Position numbers and translations under genes: made by a program. Below are positions 28,829 through 58,016 of a stretch of DNA of 64,000 nt, one piece after another (the first letter of the stretch is position 1; every line of letters starts with the position of its first letter). The DNA is from Amoebidium appalachense. Lineage: Eukaryota; Protista; Ichthyosporea. The notes under the pieces were generated by a model that ran no database searches, was not told the DNA's origin, and saw only the letters and a list, made by a program, of their open reading frames with translations. Location of the stretch: assembly GCA_963693365.1 (NCBI GenBank), contig CAVNZM010000015.1:806001-870000 (forward strand), in the 5' to 3' direction.

Positions 28829-29688
28829 ACACACACGCACGCGCGTTTCCGTGCGCGTACGTGTAGATTTGCACGTGCACGAGCGTTTACGAGCATGCGA
28901 GGGTGCATGAATCGAGCTCCTTCAAGTGCATGTGAACGTTAAATTGTTTGTGTGCAAGGGGATAGTATGTATTAAAAAGCACAAGAAATTCTTACCTGGA
29001 TGTTTTCATGACTTGTCCTGGAATACTGGGAATTATTCCGAATGACGAATTAATACAGTGTACTTGGACCTGATCATTATGCATTCTGTCAACATCACAC
29101 AGAAATTTATGAAGTCAGCGCTGCAGCAGAACCGTGCATGCGTTATCCAAATCAAACCGGATACGATAAGTGTCTGCATTAAGTGTACATGTCACCACGG
29201 AAGCATATAATGGCTGTGTGCGTGTGCATGTGCATATGCATGTACGCGCGCACGCGCGCGCGCGCGCGCGCGGACGCGCGTGTGTGTGTGTGCATGCTTG
29301 TGTGTGTGTCTGTGTGTGTGTATGCGTCTGTGCGTGTGCGTGTGTGCATGTGTGCATGTGCGTGTGTGCGTGTGTCTGTGCATTTGCGTGTGTGCGTGTC
29401 TGGTGTGTACGTGTGTGCATGTGTGTGTGCGTGTGCGTGTGTGTGCATATTGCTCTTGTGTGTGTTCGAACCGTGCGCATGCACGTGCGTGCACATGTGC
29501 AAGTACCTGTGTGTTTGTGCATATGTGTGTGCCTGTGTATGGGTGCCTGTTTGTGCTTTTGCGTTTGCAAATTGTGTGTGCATGTGCGTGTGTGTTTTTG
29601 CTTGTGTGTGTGTACTTGTATTGCGCTTGTGCATGTGCGAAGTGTGCGTGTTGCATGTGTAGCATGTGCGCGCTTGAATGTATTGCGC

Positions 29689-29725
<37 letters not shown>

Positions 29726-30233
29726 CGCGATTGTGCCAAGCATGCGCACGTATTGTGCGTGTTCGTGTGCTTGTGCGTGCGTGCGTGCGTGCGTGTGTGT
29801 GTGTGTACGTTTGTGCTTGCTTGTGCGTGTGAGCAGGCGCGATTGTGCCGAGTATGTGTGTATGTGTGTGTACGTGTGCTTATACGGGCACGCGTGGGGG
29901 CACGATTGTGCGAAGTGCGTGTACACGTGTGTGCCCATTTCTGTACCTGCAGCTGTGCCTGTGTGTGCCCTTGCTAGGATTATGTGTGTGTAGCCTGTGC
30001 ACTTGTGCGTGTGTGGGCCACTGTATGTGTGTGTGTTCGGATGACCGTGAGCGTGAGCATGCGCACTTGCTATGCGTTCGTGTTCGCTTGCGCTCATTGC
30101 GCATGTGTGGTCCGTGCGGTACGTGTGTGCATGTGTGTGCATGTGCGCGTGCGTGTACTTGTGCATGTGCATGTGCGCGTGCATATAAAGGTGTGAGCGT
30201 GTGCGTGCCACTGTGTGCAATTGTGCGGTGTGC

Positions 30234-30264
<31 letters not shown>

Positions 30265-30393
30265 CTTGTTTGTGTATGCATGTGTGCGCCCCAATGTGTG
30301 TGTGTGTGTGTGCATGTGTAGGACCGCGCGTGTGCACACGTACGTGTGTGTGCACTTGCTGGAGTGCACGCAATGCCATGTGTGGTCTGTTTG

Positions 30394-30428
<35 letters not shown>

Positions 30429-31666
30429 CAATTGATATGTGTGTGTGTGGGCATGTGCCGAACTCGTGTGCACGTGTGCGTGTGTGCGCAGTGTGTATGC
30501 CTGTGTGGCTTGTTGGATATTTGTGTGTGTGTGTGTGTATGTTTGCGTGTGCGCACGTGCGTGCAGGCACATGTGGGCGTGCGCATGCGCAGAGTCGCAT
30601 TTGATGTGTGTAATGTGTGCCCGAACGTACGCGTACGCACGTGTGTTTGTGTGTGATTGGGTATGGTTGAAAGCAAGATGTGTGCTCTGCTCACAAGGAA
30701 GAGACAAAGTAGCAATCAGAGCAAAGAAAAGCAGCCAATGGGCAGAACCTCCGGGAATATTCCATTTCCATAGCAAGAAAAGGGGGATAGATAAAAGATA
30801 GACCAGTTGCTTTCAGAAGTAAAATTCCAAATCAGGATTAGGTATATGTCTATTTCGCAGTTTTTTCATGTCATGTCGTTTATTTCGCCCTTTTTCTTCT
30901 ACATTCCCATTTCGTAATTCCTTTTCGTAGAACAATGTTTTTTTTTTTATTTCTTTATTTATTATTTTTTTTTTTTTATTATATTTTTTTCATTTGTGTA
31001 TTCAGTATCAATTTCGTTTTCTTTTTTTTTTTTTTCAGTCTGTGTGTGTGTGCGTGCGTGCGTGCATGTGTGTGTGTGTGGGGGGGGGGGGGAGGGCGCG
31101 CGCACACACACACATGTGGTAGTGGTAGTGGTGGATCCACTTTACCGATCGATCTTTTCCCAGAACTTATTCAGCTTCCACACATTCTTTATTGCAGAAT
31201 CGGGATAAGTTACCCTTTTTAACACCCCGCCTTGGTCATATGCTATCCTGATAAAAGCTGAAATGGGCGAACCACACCACAACAACGCTAACATGTCAGG
31301 GGCAGAAAATAACTAACCATACAGTTTACTAGCAGGATAGGAGTGTATCACAAACCAACCTAGCCAGATATATATCCGTATGCGCATATGTTATATGGAA
31401 TTACATGATTTACCATCCTCGAACAACGGTATTTTGCACCTTTTGGGTTTTTGCGTGTGTATGTTCCTTCATCTTTTTTCGAAAGAAGGAATGTGTTGTG
31501 CTCGCACGTGTGTGCCCCTGCATGTGTGCATGTGTGCACACGTTCATGAACGGGAGTGCGCCTGTGTGTGGGTCTACATAAATACATAAAATACATAAAC
31601 AGACGAAAAGTATCGGCTGGATGATACACCAGCACTGGCTTTTCACAAGGAGAACTTTCCAGAAGA

Positions 31667-42024
<10,358 letters not shown>

Positions 42025-42443
42025 TTTCTTTCCGTAGTCAACGACAGAAAAACAGCTGCAAAAAAAAAAAAAACATACAAACCGGCGCACAACAGCAACA
42101 AAAAAAAATCACCGTTGACAGCCAAGACTGACCAGCGCCCTTCTCGCTTGGACCTTTTTGTTGGAGCGCGCGCACACAACAAACTTCTGCCAATCAGAAA
42201 CCGTTTCGTGTTTTGCCGGGAAGGGATTTGATTGGCTGTCTTTAATAAGCAAACCCTCGGGTGTAAAAAAAAAAGCAAACCATCGTACGTTTTCGGTGAC
42301 TTTTCCGGATCCCCCCCTTTTTTCTTTGCTTTTCGTTCTGTGCTTGCAGTCATAACTCAATAATAACTAGCACTGCAACATTCAATAGTAAATACTTTTT
42401 ACATAACATTACTTCTGTAGACCTACAGTCCAAAAAAAAAAAA
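42025..42443. promoter_or_regulatory. Compact bidirectional promoter region between paralogue C and the AKR gene
   Basis: Divergent ATGs 420 bp apart; CCAATCAG (~42190) and GATTGG (~42230) in opposite orientations. Confidence 0.45.
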
Positions 42444-50161
<7,718 letters not shown>

Positions 50162-50286
50162 AGTTATTTCGTCGTTTTTTCTTTTCATTTCCTTTTCCCT
50201 TTTTCTTCTCTCTCTTTTTTCTTTCTTTCTTTCTCTCTTTCTCTCTCTTTTTTTTTTTTTGTGTGTGTGTGTGTGTGTGTGTGTGC

Positions 50287-50365
<79 letters not shown>

Positions 50366-51059
50366 GTTGTTGTTGTTGTTGTGCGTGTGTGTGTTGATGT
50401 TATGCCGATGCTGGATTGTGTCCCACCAGTATTAACTTGAATAAGCAGTAAAGATAAGAGTGTAACCTTAATAATTCCTAATTCTGTAGCTTGGCGGTAG
50501 TGTCGCAGTGTGTTTAAAGTTATGTTGTGCATGTAAATGTAGGCATGCTTAATTTGCGGAAATTTCGTTCATGTGAACATTGATTTGTATAAACATGGTT
50601 AAAAAGGAGTCAAAGAAGGTGGGGTATGATTGTTCTAGCAAGTGCTTTAGGTTGTGTGAAAGTTTTGGTTGATGATTGTTCTAAGAGCACATCAATATTC
50701 CTCCATTCAGGTATGTGTACCATGCTGAAGTTTGTGTATATACCATGTTTGTACAATCTAAATGATCTTGTTTTTTCCATTAAATATTTGCTTTTTCGAC
50801 TGTATAAAGCCAGAGTGTATGTTTATGTATATTGGGTACAGTGCAGTGCACAGCTGTCTGTGTTCCGTGACAAAAGAATGAGAGATCTAGAGAGAAACTT
50901 TGATCGAGAGGGTCTAGAAGATCTAGAGAAACAGAGGGAGAGAGGGGGGGGGGAGAGGGGAGAGAGAGAGAGAGAGAGAGAGGTCTCAGAGGAAGACGGA
51001 GAGGGTGGGGGGGGGGGGGGGGGAGGGGGGAGGGAGAAAAAGAGGGAGAGAGAGAAATT

Positions 51060-51106
<47 letters not shown>

Positions 51107-51218
51107 CGCCTCCGGGAGATTCCAAAGAGGCGAGAGAGTCTTATTAGAGAGAGAGAGGGAGGGAGAGGGAGGGAGGGAGGGAGGGAAGGAGAGCACAGAG
51201 AGAAAAAGAGAGGGAAGA

Positions 51219-51290
<72 letters not shown>

Positions 51291-51364
51291 TGTGTGTGGG
51301 GGGGGGGGGGGGGGGGGGGGGGGGAACAGAGAGAGAGAGAGAAGAAGAGGGGGGGGAGAGGGGG

Positions 51365-51395
<31 letters not shown>

Positions 51396-52582
51396 AGAGA
51401 GAGGGAGGGAGGTGTATGTCTGTTGTGTGTACGTGCGGGGACAACATTCGATCAGCACACATCCCCTCAAATCCTGGGCCTGGGTCCTGCCGAGTCAAGT
51501 CAACCCGGGTCAGTGGGCTCGGGGGCCGGGGGTGTCGTTTTTAGCATGATGATCTATTTTGGGCTAGGATCACGGCCATCTAGGTGTTTCTAGATGGCCG
51601 TGGGCTAGGATGTATCATAGTCACGAGGCCTGGATCCCGAAGTTCCTTGAATTTGTTGTGACCGTGTCGTGTTTTGGAGCCACGGCCGCACATGACATAA
51701 ACAGCACGTATACCCGCTGGTTTATTATTCTTTCATCGTGTAAGAAACTCTAATACATATGCATAAACTCATTATACTGTGCCCATACACCATGCTTTAC
51801 ATAGCGTATATCTCCGTCGGTCCGTCTGTGGGACTATTCAGTGTCCGCGCACGTGCACATACACGAGTGAAAGTGCTCACGAACTGACGGGCGAGTCGAG
51901 GCGACCAGCCTTCCAGATCTATTCTTATAAGGGCCCAGGGGGGCGCATCAATCGTGAAAAAACTCAAATGCTTTTTTAATATTTTTAAATTGAAATTAAA
52001 TTGAAATTCAAGTAATTGCATTGGGGTCTCTACGGCTGTGGAGATTGCGGGGGATTTTATTTGAGAGTGCTGCCTTCACCTGATTGGAGAAATGATGCAA
52101 TGGAGATCCTCGCTGTTGATTGGCTAGTTGAGGTAAACAAATGCGTCGCCGAACTCAACATGAACTGACTTATATAATGTTTTATATATAGTGTTCTATA
52201 GAGTGTTTTCCCTAAATTTGATTAGAAGTTTACCATTGTTATAGATTTACACTGAGAAATCTTTTGTGTTTTTATTTTTTCATATTAAGGGCATGGGGTT
52301 AACGTTGGCATACTATGTGTTGCCGGCATGGATATAGCAAATTTGAGCACGTGTGAAGCGAGTCCTGCAGCTGGAAGTTCTTATATAAAGTTTGGAACAG
52401 CGGTGACTGTTTCATTGAGTTCGTAAGATACAGTGGCTATTGTAGCAAGAAGCCACCCAAATCCTAGACAAAAAAAGGGCTCACTGAATCAGAACAACCA
52501 AGTCGACAAATACACCTGCAGCTGTGTCAGCCAAATATATGGTAGTCACGGTGGTCGACGTCGACGCGTATTTAAGACAAGA

Positions 52583-54131
52583 ATGAGGAGTGTTTTCGTG
52601 ACGGGGTGGTGTGCCATCTGCGCTGCCAGTTTGCTTGCTGGTGCTGAAGGTATGTTTTGCATGGGTCGTGGATGCTCCTTGCTCAAATTTAGGCACGTAC
52701 ACAGGACTGGTGGGCGTGTCACATGCATATCACCATCATGCATATAATTCTCTCTTTTTTTTGAAGATATTCAGTCTCAGAAATTGCACCCAGTGGGCTA
52801 TTATCATGATGTGATTCTGGTTATGAGTCTCAAAACTTGTTGCTGATTATGGGTCTAAATACAAGCACAACCACCGGATTTCATCGTGCCTTTTTATTCC
52901 TTAGGGTACGTATCTAAAACAACATGGTCGCAATTTTTTAAAGTTAGCTGCCGCGAGACGTGCGCACGCACCGTACACGGAAGAATGCAACTTCAAACCA
53001 CTTCCCACCAAATATCAGGCAGAGTTCCCTTGAAGCTTTAGAGCCACATCACCCCTCTCTATCTTTCTCTCACACCTACTAATTTATATTTCAAAAATTT
53101 CTCACAGAACTTTTTCGTGCAGCTGCTACTGTGAGCCAATCTACAACGTCAGCCACACCCATCAAGGCACTAGTGGCACAAACAGCTGCCGCTGTGCTGT
53201 CCAAACTACCCGCCGCCACCGTTCACGCCGACGATGACCACGACCACAACCACGAAGAGGACCATTTAAACACACCACATACAACATTGGTAACAACATC
53301 GTCACCTGCATCCACCTCTGCAAACCAAATAGCAGCGGCTACCAACACCGCTCACACTGATCATGAACATGACGACCACGAACATGAAAAAGAGTGTGGT
53401 GGTCACGGTGAGCTACATGGAGACCACTGCGACTGCAATACTGGATACATTGCATCGCCCACAAACAAGAAATTATGTGTTGCCGCGGGCGACGCCACCA
53501 CAGCTGGTGGTAGTGATGGACACGACGAACATCATCATGACGAACATGGAGATGAAAAGAGCAACACGAAAGATTGTGGTGGGCATGGAACCCTGCACGA
53601 TGGGCATTGCGATTGCCACAAAAACTACACGGTGTCGTCGACGAACAAGACCCTTTGTGTTCCAATCGTAGCCAAGCCAACAATAAACAACTCGTTCGAA
53701 TGCAGCGGTGTGGGTCATTTCCATGACGGTCAATGTCACTGTGAGAAAGGTTTCATGACACCCACTACTAATTCAACCGTGTGTGTTGCTATGCCGGAGC
53801 CCGTTATGTTTACAGGTACAAACTATGATCCCGTGAATTGTTTTGGTGTATTTATTGGATTCCGGTCGTTGACGAAGTCACATGATGATGATATTTTTTC
53901 TTCTAGGTCCATTTTTTTTTAGTTTGCATGTTCTTCTTGTCACATCATGCTCTGATCACCCCTTTCCCACCCAAACCGGACTCCAACCCTCCATCGTCCT
54001 CACTGTACATGTGTGTGCATGTGTACACACACACACATTCACACTCACTTACTCCCTCATCATTCCCTCAATCACTCCCTCACTTACAAGACATACATAA
54101 CGTATGTGCACGCACGCACACGCACCCACGC

Positions 54132-54192
<61 letters not shown>

Positions 54193-55271
54193 CACACTGA
54201 CACACACACACACACAGATGCCTTAATGGCCGCATACGGCAGCAACAACACCATCAACTCCACCGGCCTGGAGGCTCTTTTCAAAGCCCTAAATCTCACT
54301 GCCACTGCTGCTACCGTCAATGATGACCATGCCGGTCACAACCACCGCCGGCGCCGGGCTGCAGATGACTTGTTGACGTGCATGTCTGCACAGCAGGTAT
54401 GATGATAAGCCTAGGCAAACACAGGCTGTGCACGGTTTGCATGGGGACCAGTAAGCTTAGGGGGTTAAACCCTTAGCTTAATGTAACTAAAAAGAATGTT
54501 TCGGCGACAAATTGTCAGAGGTTGGAATGGAGGCTTTTATACAGATCAAGTGCGTCAACGTTCACACTGCTAATGATCATGATGCGCATCGTCACATACG
54601 CAGCACAAATAGTTCCTCTCCCAATAATGTTCTTAATTTCACACGCTCACTGTCTTGCAAATCTAGCCTCCCTCCCTCACCATTAACCACACATTCTTAG
54701 AGCACTGTCTTGCATTTGTCGTACACAGCATCGGATTCCCCACATACGTCTTAGTCGCAAAAGCACATGCACTCACACATTAGCCTAGGCGTACGACTCC
54801 ATAGTCGTATTTTCTACTTTAAAGCAACCACCGCTACTTCCATTTTAGCGTCTGGGCGGGGAGCCACATTGGTGACGTCATTCTGTGCACAAATTCCATG
54901 ACGCCGTGAAGAAGCTGGCCCTGTCGAATTTCGACATCGGCATGTGACACAATTTGTTTGAATCTCTTGATTGGTGAGACGCATTTGAGAAATGTGGCTC
55001 TCAGGTGGTCAGCGCCGAGACGCTAAAATGGAAGAAGCGGTGGTTGGTTTAACTTACAGATAGTAGAAATTGAACATGTGATGCCCGTTCACAGGTTCTT
55101 GACATGCTGGAGATCGACTCTGCCAAGGGCATCAATGCAACACAGCTCAGCACCATCACCCCCATCATGGTCCAGATGCTCGAAAGTGGCGCATGCAAAT
55201 TGAAAACCGATGCTGCTTCTGAGAGTGTCCAAAACGATGGGGCACTGTCGAAATCGAAGGTGTCCCCCCCC

Positions 55272-55302
<31 letters not shown>

Positions 55303-56195
55303 ACACACACTCACGTGCACACGCACAGACCACTGTGCATCAAGTTAAATTTTCATTTGCTGGTTCCGGCATCGATATCAAGGACATTCGTTACTCTTTT
55401 ATTCGTTGTGTACATACCCCTTTTTTGCAATGGCACCGTGTTTCTCCTCGTTGCAAGAATTAAGGTACTCCGCTTCAATTTGATGAAGCTAGGGTGCAAT
55501 TGCCGGTGGTGCAGTGCCAGGCATAAGAAAGCTTCTGGCAGTAGTAGTAGAACTTCGGTATTGTTGTGGCATCATTTTACAGCCGATACCAGCTTCAAAT
55601 TCACGGTGCCACCGTGGCACATGATATTGGTACAGTATTTCCAGCATTTCCAGCTGAAATGTACCAACATACCCTCACCACTCCCCACCGTGCCCCCCCC
55701 CCCCTCCCCTCCCCCCAATTCTCTTTCCCAACCCTCAATTCAGGTCTACGGCTATGCCATGGCCTCAGCCATTGTCGTGTCACTGATGGCCCTGCTTGCC
55801 ATCATCCTGTTGCCGTGTTTAACCCAACGTGGACGTAATCCCAACAGCTTCAAGGGAATCATGTCCAAGTTCCTCATCATGCTTCTTGTTGCTCTCGGAA
55901 CAAGCGTTATGCTCGGAGACGCTGTTCTTCACCTCATTCCCATGGTATGTACATGCCCGGCCAAATATCATCATAAGTTAAAGCAATAAAGGAGAAGAAA
56001 TATATGTGATTAAAAAGGATTTGAAGCTTTCAGGGAGGTCTGGGAGGTGTGACAGAGATGACGGCTAGAAAGAAAGCTTAATCAATGGAGCGCAGGTTAA
56101 TTGGATGCTGATGTTTGCCCTCAGTTTTCTTTTTGGCTTTTTCTTTCTCGGAGCTACCCCCCCCCCCCCCCCCCCTTTCTCTCTCTCTCTTTTCA

Positions 56196-56258
<63 letters not shown>

Positions 56259-56592
56259 GGGGGGGATGAAAGGGTTAGACTAAAAGCTTCGAATCGTGTT
56301 GCAAATCCTAACCAGTCCACTCCAATGGGTGGTCCCGCCTCTCCAGCCACCAAAGTTTTCCGGATCCGTTAGCATATCATGAGTATTTATCACGGTATAT
56401 CACACCTTCCGAGAAGCAGAGGCTCAAATCATTATGACTGTGGCATCGATTCGGTATTGACTGGGCTACATACACAGGGTCTTGGTGTGCATGCCGCACA
56501 CGGCGGCGAGGGACACGAAGGGCACGCAGCCGCAGAGGAGCTTACAGCAGGAACAATTCAGGCCCGTGGGAGCATTCTCCTTGCAGGCGTGT
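52583..56592 (+). CDS. LIV-1 subfamily ZIP (SLC39) zinc transporter, 5' part (signal peptide, His-rich/EGF-like ectodomain, TM1 to start of TM3)
   Basis: Exons 52583-52649, 53108-53815, 54218-54396, 55095-55259, 55744-55944, 56478-~56590. Signal peptide MRSVFVTGWCAICAASLLAGA; HNHRRRR; TPIMVQMLESGAC resembles the ZIP4/ZIP12 PAL motif (CPALLQQQLSGAC); YGYAMASAIVVSLMALLAIILLP (TM1); LVALGTSVMLGDAVLHLIP (TM2); His-rich loop; GSILLAGV (TM3). TM4-8 are not in the window. Confidence 0.88.
54823..55048. mobile_element. 226-bp MITE with TTAA TSD (Kolobok-like termini) in ZIP intron 3
   Basis: AGCAACCACCGCTACTTCCATTTTAGCGTCT ... AGACGCTAAAATGGAAGAAGCGGTGGTTGGT (31-bp TIR, 2 mismatches), TTAA at 54819-54822 and 55049-55052. 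Confidence 0.75.
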
Positions 56593-57695
56593 TTCCTCAA
56601 CTATGCAGATGTGCATGTGGTGATCGAGTGTCAGCATGTGTCTATGTACACGGAACCAATTGTAAAGCTAACATACACATATTGTGGAGTGAGCGTAAGT
56701 CTGCACTCCAACACCCCTACCCAATTGGAGAAGTGTACACACCACTAGAGAAGAGAGAGTGAGTGTGGCTGCTTGCAGGGTAGACCGGGGTGTGCATTCC
56801 ACTGTGGTGCGTGCCCCGCCAATGAAGTGGAATACTTGACGTTGATGTCGCAGGCTGCTGCGGATGGAGTTTGTGGAAGCGAAAGTCTCTAATGAAGTTA
56901 GAGGCCGCGGTGTCGTGTCTGGGCCCATAACCCTGTTGGAAGTAGAGTCCGCTGTGACTAGGGTCGTCGTGGCGCGCTTGGGCGCTGACCCGTTTTTTAC
57001 TGCTTTCAGTGTGTTAACTCCATGACTGAACTCCATGACTTAACTCCATGACTTAACTCCATGACTTAACTCCATGTCTGCACCTGGCAGAGACGTGGCT
57101 TATATACCCGTGGGGCAGCAGTCTGGAATGTAATCCGGATGCCAGGCGCTAATCGGATTGGTTACTTTCATTTAGAGATCTCTGGGACCAGTGAACCAAT
57201 CGTTTGCAGTCAAAACACAATTGGCAACATTCCTCAACTATGCAGATGTGCATGTGGTGATCGAGTGTCAGCATGTGTCTATGTACACGGAACCAATTGT
57301 AAAGCTAACATACACATATAGTGGAGTGAGCGTAAGTCTGCACTCCAACACCCCTACCCAATTGGAGAAGTGTACACACCACTAGAGAAGAGAGAGTGAG
57401 TGTGGCTGCTTGCAGGGTAGACCGGGGTGTGCATTCCACTGTGGTGCGTGCCCCGCCAATGAAGTGGAATACTTGACGTTGATGTCGCAGGCTGCTGCGG
57501 ATGGAGTTTGTGGAAGCGAAAGTCTCTATTCACGGAAATATCTGGGGGGATGAAGTTAGAGGCCGCGGTGTCGTGTCTGGGCCCATAACCCTGTTGGAAG
57601 TAGAGTCCGCTGTGACTAGGGTCGTCGTGGCGCGCTTGGGCGCTGACCCGTTTTTTACTGCTTTCAGTGTGTTAACTCCATGACTGAACTCCATG
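56593..57695 (-). mobile_element. Tandem TRIM-like non-autonomous LTR element (partial LTR - internal - LTR - internal)
   Basis: Minus strand: LTR 3' part 57695-57592, PBS GGTTATGGGCCCAG, internal 57591-57230 ending in purine-rich GTTGAGGAA, full 296-bp LTR 57229-56934 (TGTTG...CAACA, TATATAA, 13-bp repeats), second PBS and internal 56933-56593 (21-bp deletion). No gag/pol motifs. Confidence 0.8.
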
Positions 57696-58016
57696 AAGCA
57701 AGATTTACGTTTAACTGCAATTGGTGTGTTAAACACGTTTATTTGTGTGCTTTAGTGCAAGTTAACTAGCCACTCAACGTGCACAGTTAACTTTTATATC
57801 TTTAACGACTTGTTTTCATTGTGCTCTCTTTTCGGCCATGCTGTACATGGCCCACCACCAGGGTGCACACGAGGCCACCATGAGGTGGCCAACGACTATA
57901 TAAAGCAGTGCCTCCCATGTCACAAACATGGGAAGCAGAACGTTTGATTTACACTTTTCTACTGTCGTTTCCAGTGCACAAAACACATAGACTAGTTACC
58001 CATCATACACGACACT

